A stretch of 64,000 bases of DNA from Octopus vulgaris (taxonomy: Eukaryota), in contig OX597825.1 in NCBI GenBank assembly GCA_951406725.2, forward strand, positions 68,448,001-68,512,000. The letters are read 5' to 3'. Of the stretch, positions 52,800-64,000 are shown piece after piece. How positions within the stretch are numbered: the first letter of the stretch is position 1; every line of letters begins with the position of its first letter. The notes beneath the pieces are model-generated. The model searched no databases and was not told the DNA's origin. It worked only from the letters and a program-made list of their open reading frames with translations. A program made the position numbers and the translations under genes.

Positions 52800-55410
52800 A
52801 GTGCAGTCACTAAGAGGAGGGCCTGTGTTGAGTCCGTGTGGGGTTAGAGTCTGTAGAAGGAATATGAACCGTTGCTCCAAGTGAAGCCTAGATTGTGGAG
52901 AGCCGTTGTATGGGGCAAGACCAAACACCGAGATGTCATCGAGGGAATGGCTGGCCGAGCAGAAGTGACATGCGACGGGAGAATTGGAAGGTAGACGAAC
53001 ATCCCTCAGATGCTCGGCGAATCGGTCTGACAACCGGCGTCCCGTCTGTCCTATATACAGCATCCTGCAGCGGTTGCATTTAATGCAGTATATGAGTCCA
53101 GACGAGGTGCACGTAAAGGAATACCTGATACGTACAGTTTGCCGGTTGGAACCGGTGACAGCAGTGGTGTTGGTGATGAAGGGGCAGGTGTTGCAGCGGG
53201 ATCTGGAGCATGGGAAGGTTCCGAGTGGGGCTGAGGGGAAGGGAGGGTGCTACGGACCAGGAGGTCGCGTAGATTCCGGGCTCGTTTGAAGGAGGACAGG
53301 GGTGGGTTGGGGAAAATGGGGTGGGTCGTGGAATAGAGCTGGAGACAACGGAAGGCACGAAGTATCTTCCGACGAAGGGGTAGAGTAGAGGGGTGGAAAA
53401 GGAGGGGAAAGGGGTGCGGTGATTGGAAGGAGAAAGGGCGGTGGTGCGGTCGATGCGACGAGCGCGTTCAAGACCAGGGTAGGTGGGTATCCTCGAAGCC
53501 TGAACAGGCGGGCCAGGTATTGAGACTGGGTCTCGAAATCCTGGTCGCGGCTGCACAAGCGTCGGAGGAACTGGGAGTAGGGGATGGCCCGTTTGGTGTG
53601 GAAGGGATGGGAGGAGAAGTTGAGATAGAGGTGGGAATCCGTGGGTTTGAAGAAGGCGGAGGTAGTGAGAGAGTGGGAGGAGTGGTCGATGCTGAGAGAG
53701 ATATCAAGGAAGTTAACGGAAGTATTGGATATGGTAGAAGTGAATTGTAGAGAGGGGTGGAAGTTAGAGAGGAAGGAGATGAAGTGGCAGAGTTGTTCGC
53801 AGGAAAGGGAGGTGGCGCCTATACAGTCGTCTATGTAAAGACCGTATAGTTCTGGGGTCGGCCCAGAGAATTGGGAGAATACTTGGGCCTCAATGTAGCC
53901 AACAAAGAGATTGGCGAAATTGGGACCCATTCTCATTCCCATCGCGACCCCGGACACCTGTTGGTACGTTTCCCCGGCGAACATGAAACAATTGAAAGTT
54001 AGGACGAGCTCTGCCAGGCGGAGGAGGGTGGGGGTGCTAGGGGTGGGGTCGAGGAAGTGTTGGAGAGTGAGGAGACCGTCGTTGTGGGGAATTACCGTAT
54101 ACAGTGATTTGATGTCAAGGGTGAAGAGGAGGTGTGAGGGGCTGGAAGGGAAGGAAAAGGAATTGAGGAGACGGAGGGCGTGGTTGGTATCATGTATGTG
54201 GGAAGGGAGGGCTTTGACTAAAGGGGACAGGATGCGGTCGAGGTATAGGGAAATGTGTTCAGTAGGGCAATTACAGGCGGAAACGATGGGGCGGCCAGGG
54301 GTATTGGGCTTATGAATTTTGGGAAGGAAATAGATGGTGGAGGTGCGGGGTGTGCGGACGATGAGGTTGGTGGCGGTGGGGGGGGGGAGAGCAGAAGAGG
54401 AGATGAGTTCGCGGATAGTGGAGGACACTCGCTGTTGGTAGGAAGAGGTAGGATCAGAGGGGAGGAGGCGATAGAAGAGGGGATTTTGAAGCTGGCTGAG
54501 CGCTTCTTCCCTGTAGAGATTGGCGCGCCACACCACCACTGCTCCGCCTTTGTCCGCCGGTTTGATGACAATGTCATTGCGGTGACGGAGGTGGCAAAGG
54601 GCAACCAATTCAGCCTGTGTGAGGTTGTCTCGGAGAGGTCTTTTTTAAAAATTAAACCGGTTTACCAACGCGTTGCAGTCGTTCACAAACGAGTCTAGGC
54701 TACTGAATTGGACCGGGGGCGGCGTCCAGTTGGATGGGCAGCGCCCCAGCTCCAAAAAGCAATCCTGATTGTCGTGACGCTGCGGAGACGCGTGGTAGAA
54801 GGCGCAAAGTTTGAGGCGGCGCAGGAACTGGTTGACGTCCGTCCGAGTCTCGAATTTGTCACAGTGGCACGTGAGAGGCGTGAAGCGGAGTCCCTTACTG
54901 AGGAGAGAGCGCTCGGCGGCGGAGTGGGGGAGATTGGGGGTTATAGTGACAACAGTGCGAGGAAGCGGGGTGGTGGGATGAGTGGGGTCGGGAAGAGGGG
55001 ATGCAGAGGTGTGAGGAGAGTGGGGGTGGTTAGGTGAAGTAGGGGTAGGCGTAGAAAGGTCAGGGTGGGGTGTGTGTTGATCCGTGGAGGGGGAAGGGGG
55101 GTGGAGAGAGTCGGGGGAGCTGGAGGGGAGGAAGTGGAGGAGAGGGGATGGGAAGGAGGTGAAGGGTTGAGGAGGTGGTGGAGTTTTGTTTTTTGTGTGT
55201 GTGAGGAAATTATGAAGCTGGTGGTTGAGATTAAGAATGAAGCGGAGAATAGGTTGGGTGAAGAGTGGAGGGCAGAGGGAGGAGAGAAGAAGGTAAGCTT
55301 GGGGAAGTAGGTGGTCAAAGGAGTGAAGGAGAGAGTGGGTGGAACGGATGGTAGCACGGATGAGGAGGCAGGAAGTGCGGGCAAGGGTGGGTTTGATGAA
55401 GGGAGATAAC
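52800..55410 (-). mobile_element. Nearly complete Penelope-like element (RT + GIY-YIG), disrupted
   Basis: IKPADKGG, FLPKIHK, GRPIVS, LDIKSLYTVIPH, GVAMG, YIDD, FLD, LYIGQTGRRLSDRFAEH. Confidence 0.93.
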
Positions 55411-55439
55411 CCTAATCTCCCCCATACTTAATTTAGTGT

Positions 55440-55947
55440 GTCTCCTAGTAAAAATTAAAGCCTTATTTAATATAATAGGGTTTATGGATGTGTAGTAATT
55501 TTGTATATCAAATTGGATGAATTTACTTCTATCATTATCACTGACCTTAATGGCAGAAAACCAATCTAGTGCACCTTGAGTATTCTTCCAAAGGCTAAGT
55601 TTAATTTTGTTACGTATAGTTGGTAAATATTTGTCCAGAATAAGTTTACTCAGTCTGCCTAAGTGGGGGTATAAGGTTCAGTTTTTTCTTCCAGGTAATA
55701 ATCCAACATTATTTCTCTAACCTCAAAGTTTAGTTTCCTAAGTATGTTAAAAGGTACAATTTTATATTTTTTAGTAATTTCTTTATGTAGTAATTCATGG
55801 TATGTAAGGATGTCCATATTATAAATGTTACTGGTTTTGTCAGAATGGGTTAGAATGCCGTTCTTACTCTTAAGAGTTCTTTTAATTTTCTTTGGTACGG
55901 GTTATACCTCAATGGGTGATTTTTAAATTTGATGTTTTTGATAGTTC

Positions 55948-55950
<3 letters not shown>
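55440..55950 (-). mobile_element. Penelope-like RT fragment (third clade)
   Basis: Minus translation IKNIKFK, SDKTSNIY, LWKNTQGALDWF, FIQFDIQNYYTSI. Confidence 0.75.
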
Positions 55951-55984
<34 letters not shown>

Positions 55985-55988
<4 letters not shown>

Positions 55989-58001
55989 ATGCAAACCAGC
56001 CTCCTGGGAAAATAACAAAAGCAATGGAACACTTTTTAACAAAGAAATCAATGGAAGAAGAAGTTTCGAAGTTAGCTGCTATGGATGGATTCTCTTTCAA
56101 TTCAATCGCCAAAAGCAATTTTATACAGAGAAATCTTCATAGTCAGAGAGACAAATATGATAAATTACAACCAACATCTGCAAACGGAGTCAGGAATATG
56201 GTAATGAATTACATAACCAAGAAAGACAAACTAGCGCTGGGGATTCGATATTCATTGACATTGGATGAATACACATCAATTCAAAATAAATGATGTATGA
56301 ACATAAATGTTCATGGGAAAGACAATCATTGGTCGTTGGGTCTCATTGAGATCCATGGCTCCCTTAATAGCAGGAGAACAGAGCAATTTGTGAGAGGACA
56401 TCTTCATGAATTTGGATTGGATTTGGATATACACATTGTTGGCTGTATGATGGATGGTGCTTCTATGATGGTGAAATTCGGAAAAGAAACAAGACCTGAT
56501 CACCAACAATGTCTCACACATTGCATACATCTGTCTGTGATCGACATTCTCTATCAAAAAAATATTGCCTCAACCGATGAGACCGATAAAAAAAGTGAAG
56601 AGATCACAATTACAGATGATAGTGATGATGAAGCTGACATAAGCCAACAAGACATACTTTTTCAAACAGATTTGGCTCACGAAAATGCTTGTTTTCTCCA
56701 GCTAAAACCTGAATTTAACAAAGTTTTAAATAAGGTAAGAAAAATTTCAAAACTTTTCCATAAATCTCCTACAAATAATGAAATTTTGCAAGATTTTGCA
56801 CAAGCGAACTTTGATAACAGAGAATATAAACTTATACTGGATTGCAGAACTAGGTGGAATAGCACATTCCATATGATTGAGAGATTTTTGAAATTGAAAA
56901 GCTGTATTCCAAATGCTCTACGAGCAGTACTTTCCACAGATGCCGTAGCTGACTAAGAATGGAAATCTCTTGATTTACTATATGAAATTCTGCATCCAGT
57001 AGAAATTATTTTGAAGGCTATTTGCACTGATGATACGGATTTACTGAAAGCAGAATATTCTATAGAATTTTTATTGAATAAACTTAATATTGTCGGCAAC
57101 CCTTTGGCTCTAAATCTTTGTGAAAGATTTATGCATAGATATAATAAGAGAAGAAATGTCGAAACCGTGACTCTCTTGAGGTATTTACATAACCCAAGGA
57201 AGTCTAAAGGTGAATCAATTTCTGGACCTTTTCTTTTATTAATGAAACAACATTTAAGGAAGTATGCTGAACAAACATATAGATTATTCCCTGAACGTGA
57301 TGCTGAGGACACAACAGCATTATACAAAGAAAATGAAATAAGAGGGAACCTAAAAACAAGTGTTACCGTTGTCCCATCTACTTACAAAGGTAATGAACTC
57401 ATTCATGAATACACAAGTGCAATGAAGAAAATGAATGAAGAACCCAAGATAGTAACAGATGGATGTGAAATCTCTAAAGAATTTGAATATTTTGAAGCAA
57501 ATTCGAACAGAAGTGAAAAGCTCAAAAAACTTTAAAGAGCATTGCTTACAACTAAAGCAACTAGTGTCCAATTGGAAAGAGCTTTTTCAATTACTAGACT
57601 TTTCAACACAAAAATTATGACAAGTTTGTCAGGTAAAACACTGAATGCATTGTGTTTTTTAAAAGATTATTTTCCAAGGAAAGTGAATCAGCAAGTCAAG
57701 AAACTTGGTTTGATTCTCAAAAATACGACTTGGAAAAACGTTGCATTCCTCATTCAATAAATATAATACCATTATTTTTTTTGTTATTGCTTGTACATAG
57801 ATACAGGCACCATCAACATATTTGTGGATATCAGTCAACCTGTTACTTTCTCTCTTTTCCTCTGGTAACAAAATACAATGACAAACTTCTTCGTTACAGG
57901 GACTCCACTCTAAATCTGCGAAAACCGGTTTCTAACCGGTTTTGAGAATTACTTATACTTAAACTCGGTTTTGGGAATAATCAGTTTTTTTGCAAGCCCT
58001 A
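55985..58001 (+). mobile_element. hAT transposase pseudogene with right TIR
   Basis: SLTLDEYT, DGASMM, CLTHCIHL, TRWNS, dimerisation motif ATSVQLERAFS; ends TTGCAAGCCCTA. Confidence 0.92.
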
Positions 58002-58039
58002 ACACACACACACACGTGTATATATGGCTAATCCCTTTA

Positions 58040-59190
58040 AACCAATAAGCATAACTGCAAATTTACGCAGTTTGATTTTGACTTTTACCCATCAATATCT
58101 AGGCCTTTACTCCTAAAAGCATTAGACTTCGCCAAGCAGTATGTCGACATCAGTAGCTCGGAAATTGATATTATCATACATGCGAGGAAATCACTTCTTT
58201 TTTTACGAGGATTCCACCTGGGTTAAGAAGAGTGAGGATTCTCTTTTCAATGTACAGATGGGGGCATACGACAGAGCTAAGTTATGTATGCTCATAGGAG
58301 CTTATATTCTACGCAAATTAAACTAGAATTCCCGTTTATAGATGCAGGATTATATAGGGATGATGGCCTTATAGTCACCCATAATTTAAACGGCCATGAA
58401 TCATACGCTTAGGAAGGATCTTAATGCTTTCTTCCAAAGGATGGGCTTACAGGTTATGATAGATACTAACCTGAAAGGTTAGATTTTTTAGATGTAAATT
58501 TGGATAAGGTCGGATAAATTTAAACCTTACCGTAAACCTAATAATAAGCTATCTTATATTAGCAAAGAATCCAATCATCTGCCAGATATTCTTAGGAACT
58601 TAGTCAGCAGTGCACATAAAAGACCCATCAAATGTGATTTATGCCTGCTGGAAAAATATTTCATTGTATTCCAGGACAATAACTCTTTAAATCAAAGACA
58701 TGAACTCTTGAAATCCTGCAGACACACAGATAAATTTAAAATGTTGGCTAGCAATATACCATATGGATATGCAGCTATTCTTGCTGCAGAAACTTTGCCT
58801 CTTTCATTAACCAACAAAACAGTAGGATAATTGCTAATAATCATAGTTCCAATTCTCTTAAAAATTGTAATTGCAAAGATGGGTCCTCCTGTCCGTTGGA
58901 AGGGAAATGTTTGGAAAAAGGAGTCGTGTATAGAGCCAAGATGCAGATAGAAGGCTCACGCGAATATAGAACTTATAAAAGTGCTTTTGAAAATTCTTTC
59001 AAAACCCAATTCTATTTGCATAAAAATTCCTTCAGATACCCTGAAAATAGGATGGAGACCAGCCTGGCAAAATATGTCAGGGAATTAAAAGAAAAAGAAG
59101 CCCGAACTTTCAACGTGACATGGAGTATTTTTTGATAGAGCTGCACTGTACAGGCACAGCGCACATAAAAGACCCATCAAATGTGCTTTA
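58040..59190 (+). mobile_element. Penelope-like RT and GIY-YIG fragments (third clade), rearranged
   Basis: FNVQMGAYD, GLYRDDGL, PYRKPN, CDLCLLEK, NCNC..CPLEGKCL..GVVYRA. Confidence 0.85.
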
Positions 59191-59259
59191 CGGTAGAGGA
59201 GTAGGGGCCGAAACCGGACGTGGTTCCTCCTGATGATGTCATTTATTTACTGAAAGTAA

Positions 59260-61091
59260 AAGCGGAAAATTGGATTGCACGAAAGAAGAGCTCGAACAAC
59301 ATCTGAAAGAGACATACAGCGACTGACAGAAATGAAGTACTCCCAGAAATGCACGGACTGAAGAAACCACCTGAACCAAGAGTACCATTTGATTTGAGTG
59401 ACATCAAATGGAAAGAAATGGATGAGTTCATAAGAAAAGCAAGAGCAAAAAGTTCACCAGGGAACGATGGAGTGAGTTACAAAGTATACAAATATTGCCC
59501 AAAATTACATTTGCAGCTGTTTGCACTGATAAGAGAAATGTGGAAGAAGAAAGATGTAGCGGAGCGATGGTGTATAGCCGAAGGTATCTATCTACCTAAA
59601 GAAAAAGAGGCAAAATCACTAGGCCAATTTAGACCGATTTCACTACTAAATACAGCAGGAAAATCATGTTTGGAATAATTGCTAGACGAATCATAAGATT
59701 CGTACAGCATAACGGATACGTTAATGAAGCGATTCAAAAAGCAGGAATCCCTGGATGCATAGAACACGCATTTGCCATCTGGGGAAGCCATCACCTGTGC
59801 AAAACAAATGAAGAAAAACCTGTATATTGTTTGGCTAGATCTTGCCAATGCTTATGGATCTGTGCCGCACGCACTAATAAAAACAGCGTTGGACTTCTTT
59901 TGGATTCCAAAAGATGTTCAACGAATGCTCATGTCCTACTACGACAACCTGAGGATGAAATTTACAGTAATAGTGGGTGTTCATGTCCTACTACGACAAC
60001 CTGAGGATGAGATTTACAGCAGGAAAGTTCACAGCGGAGTGGCAACGGCTTGAAATAGGTATTGCAGCCGGATGCACGATATCAGTCATCTTATTCGTGC
60101 TAGTTATGGAAATGTTACTTAGATCTACAACCTGTGAGAAAGCTGTTACAAAGACACCATTAAGTGCTTTTATGGACACCGTAACTATATTATCGGAAAG
60201 TAGAGAAGCAGCAGAGGGAACGTTAGAGTGGTTGGATGAACTGATAGGATGGGCAAGGATGAAATTCAAAGCCAAAAAATCTCAATGCATGGCTTTCATG
60301 GAAGGAGTGCAAGAAGTGAAATTCAGGATAGGTGAAGACATACCAATGGTATAGAGATTTATTAAATGATAAGAAGCAAGGAAAAGAAACACACGAGTTA
60401 GTAGAACAAGGATTAAAGGCAATTGACAGAACAACGTTGCCAGGAAAATTCAAATGTTGAATACTGCAATTTGGGCTGTACCCAAGGATAATGTGGTCAT
60501 TGCAAATGTATGAATAGCTTCGAGTAGAGTAGAAAGGATGGAACAAAGATGCAGTGTGTTTATCAGAAAATGGCTTGGTCTGCCGAAACCACTGAATACA
60601 ACTGCACTATATGGAAAACCTGTGCTGCAACTACCAATAACATCAATCGCCGAAGAATATAAGGCAGGAAAGCCAAGGACAGTAATGATGCTAAGGTATT
60701 CAAAAGATCAGAGCATCTGGGAAAACCCTCCAAAGGTACAAACAGGGAGGAAATGGAAGGCGGAAGAGGCTGTAAACAGGGCGATCGGAAAACTAAGGCA
60801 CGCCGATATAGTTAGAGCAACGCAAGAAACAAGAGCTGGTCTAGGGTCGCATAATTTCAGGCCATTTTGCAATAGCAGCATAAAAGAGATGAAAGAGGCA
60901 GTGGTACACGAAATAAGAAAGGAGGAAGAAGACAGGCAAAATGTACATTTGGTGCAATGTAGTCAACAAGGACAGTGCCTGAGATGGGAGAAATATGTGG
61001 TCAGTTGCAGATTCTTGTGGAAGGAACTTTGGGCTTCGGAACAAGCAAGAACATCCTTCCTGATCAAGTCTACCTTTGACATTCTACCCTC
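59260..61091 (+). mobile_element. Hero/NeSL (R2-group) non-LTR retrotransposon RT fragment
   Basis: KARAKSSPGNDG, QFRPISLLN, QKAGIPGCIEH, WLDLANAYGSVPH, GIAAGCTISVILF, RMKFKAKKS, FLIKSTFDILPS. Confidence 0.88.
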
Positions 61092-62660
61092 ACTGGACAT
61101 GGTATACTATATAACTCTAGTACTATCCATATTGGAAGACACAACATATTATGAAAAGGCCCAACACTACAGTCAGCAGAAAATAATGAGAGACCTAAAA
61201 TCCATGTTAAACCTATACAGAGAAGAGTTCACTGACAAAGAATACGACTACATGACCAATTTCAAAAGTAAAACCAGTCAATTCTACGGGGTTCCCAAGA
61301 TACACAAAAGTGAGAAAATAAGTAACTCATGCAGGAAAGCCACAGACATGATGATCAAAGTCCCTACTCCAAATTACCTCAAATCGAGACCTATAATAGC
61401 AGGTCCCGCATGTGAAACCCACCACCTCAGTAACTTTTTAGATACCTTCTTAAAACCATTCCTCAAGCATGCCAAAAGCTACATAAGGGACAACCTGGAT
61501 ATGTTCAAACACCTTCCTGAAACAATAAACGAAAACACCCTACTAGTATCCTTCGATGTGGTCAACCTCTATTCCAATATCCCCCACAACCTAGGAATAG
61601 AGGCAATTCAATTCTGGCTAGAGAATCATGCCAACGAACTCCCACATGGCATCAAAAAAGAATTCGTGATAGAAGGGCTAAAATTTACCTTGGAGAATAT
61701 CTACTTGGTCTTCAAAGACAACATCTATTGACAAAAATCGGGGACTGCGATGGGTACGAGAATGGACCCCTCCTTTGCTAACCTAGTCGTGGGATATCTA
61801 GAAATTAGTCTTTATTGTACGGTACAAGAAAAATATGGCAACCCATTCTCTCTCTACATTGAAAATAACTGGAAGAGATACCTGGATGACTGTTTCAGTC
61901 TTTGGCATGAAAGTATAGAGAAACTTAAAGAATTCCAAGCACTTATAAATGGACTTGACGTAAACATTCAATTCACGATGGAAAATAGCCATCAACAACT
62001 CCCCTTCCTCGACATCCTCATTAAGAAATCTAACAATGTAATAGAAACAGATATATACTATAAGCTTACGGATTCCAAGCAATATCTCCCATTCAACTCA
62101 TGCCACCCCAGACACACCAGAATGAATATCCCCTTCAACCTAGCAAAAAGGATATGTACTATAGTTTCTAATACAAACACCAAGGACACACGACTACATG
62201 AACTAAAGGATACACTCATCACCAGGAACTACCCACCTTCATTAATTGTCATATGCTTTCAACGTGCCCTACAACTCAACATCCATGAACTCAGAAATCC
62301 CAAATTAAAGGAGGATTTACAACCAAAAGCCCTACCATACATCTCCACACACAACCCTCTTAACAATGAAGCCTTCAACACCATCCTTCAAAACATTTCC
62401 CGGCTAAAAAAGGACCACAGAATGAACCTCCAAACACACGCCATCATAAAAAGCAAGAGACAGCCCAAATCTATGAAAAGTCTCCTAACACAAGTCTGAA
62501 TACACTCAACAACAACACTGAAGCCATCAGCAAAAAAATGCAAAAGACCTAACTGTGGGAGATGCATCAATTTAATTGAGAGATCAGAGTTCTCCTTCAA
62601 ACAAGGACAACGTTTCAATGAAAAACAGCTTCACATGTGCTTTGGAGAACCTGATTTATT
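61092..62660 (+). mobile_element. Penelope-like RT fragment (same clade as 40.4-42.8 kb)
   Basis: FYGVPKIHK, RPIIAGP, SFDVVNLYSNIPH, GTAMG, RYLDD, LPFLD, SCHPRH, CKRPNCGRC. Confidence 0.92.
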
Positions 62661-62999
62661 ACACACATGTGAGTGAGAACACTGAGGTATTTTTGGTATC
62701 TAACATATGTCAGATACTGCGAGCGCTGCTTCTGATTGGTCAATCCATGGTGATGACCCGAGGTCATGGTGACGGCACTACTTTTGTCATTCATAAGTTA
62801 CAACTAAACTTCATTCATTACTTTCATGAGCAGGTAGAATGTAGCCATGTAATTAAACAAACATACTATCTTTTTTATACCAGATATCACTTAAAGTCAT
62901 ATACACATAAAATATTAACATTTTTGGTGGTAATTCAATTTTTTGTTGCCAAAAAAATCACAACATATTTCGTCTGCTCGTCGATACTCTTGCAGTGCA

Positions 63000-63640
63000 G
63001 GTAGATCTATCAACAAGATGGCTACTGTTGTCGATATCAAGGTGAATGATTTTGATAAGATTGATAGTAAAGATGGGGGAAGAGTGTTATCCGTTGTTCA
63101 ACCTCTTGGAACATACAGAATGTTCAAAGTGAAGATCAATACTGGCCAAGTTCGACATGTTGCTGGATACAGGTTAACAAAGGTACCTGAAACAGTGTCA
63201 TTGACGAGTGGATTGTCATCGAACCCTAGATCTAACATCCCTGATGAGGTGTACAACGAACTTCTATGTGACGATTTCTTTGATGAGAGCAATAATGAAC
63301 TTGAATTTCAACCAAGGTATGATCATTCTGGAATAGACAAATTCGTTCAAGGTAATCAAAATAAAAACACTCTTCGGAAAACAAACTATGATGTTAAACG
63401 ATTGTTTGTTTTCATGGCGACAAATGGCGACACGCGTCCAATTGAATCTATCGACAAAAGTGAACTTTGTGACATTCTCTGTACTTTCTTTATCTCGTTA
63501 CGAAAGCCGGACGGTAGCAACTATGAACCTTCATCTTTGAGGGGAATGTTATCCAGTATTGAAAGATATCTGAAGTCAAAATACTACTCGACGTCACTAT
63601 TCTCGGACAGGACATTCGTGAAACTACATGACGTACTAAT
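63000..63640 (+). mobile_element. Crypton-like tyrosine-recombinase N-terminal fragment (DUF3504/ZMYM/KIAA1958-type)
   Basis: NQNKNTLRKT..D, 'ELCDILCTFFISLRKPDGSNYEPSSLRGMLSSIERYL'; catalytic C-terminus absent. Confidence 0.8.
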
Positions 63641-64000
63641 CAAAATTCCGAAAAACAGAAAAATAGCATTCAGCCAACACATCAACATTTGTGCCAAAAA
63701 CAAAAATCCAAGTTTCAGTATTTTTCCCCTCTAACAATTCAGGGATGATACAACCTGTTGCCAACGAATTAGTAAAGAGTTGTTCTTTATCACAAAATAC
63801 AGACCCCCCCCCCTATTGAACGCATCTACAACAAATGACATATCCACCATGACCTTAGAATAACACACAAGCAAATATTAAAAATGATGCATTCAAAAGT
63901 ATTTTTCTTTTTCTTCTCTGCCAAGAATTCACACAAGAGTCAAAAAGAGAGACAGAGACAGGCAAAAACAAGGAAAATGCCCCTTGTATTTGAATACTAT

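Noticed and set aside
59195-59245. GAAAC...CTGATGA as type II hammerhead
   Set aside because: Stems I and II cannot pair; looks like a LINE 3' UTR remnant
62943-63734. Host ZMYM/KCTD1/QRICH1-like gene
   Set aside because: Intronless, truncated before the catalytic region and embedded among TE debris; better explained as a Crypton fragment

Overview
Eukaryotic, AT-rich, microsatellite- and SINE-saturated DNA whose repeat families look like octopus/coleoid cephalopod (inferred). The window has two sharply different halves. (1) 1-37.6 kb holds one complete 8-exon + strand gene encoding a 280-aa TPGS2 (tubulin polyglutamylase complex subunit 2) orthologue, which the ORF track largely misses. It has a compact Forkhead/CCAAT/RFX X-box promoter, and its introns are filled with dozens of SINEs, MITEs, Helitron-like elements and short Penelope-type elements carrying hammerhead ribozymes. 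(2) From just after the TPGS2 poly(A) signal (~37.6 kb) to the window end there is an almost gapless ~26 kb mosaic of about 15 truncated, mutated coding fragments of autonomous transposons (several Penelope-like clades, RTE, Dong/R4, Hero/NeSL-like, pogo/Tigger, hAT, Crypton, plus a probable solo LTR). About 12 of 15 lie on the + strand and the SINEs are nearly absent. This is the architecture of a flamenco-like uni-strand piRNA cluster or transposon trap, which is a hypothesis needing small-RNA data. Up to six hammerhead folds were found by eye: four canonical, one G3-C8 core variant and one degenerate. All family assignments come from motif recognition, not database searches, and TE boundaries are approximate.
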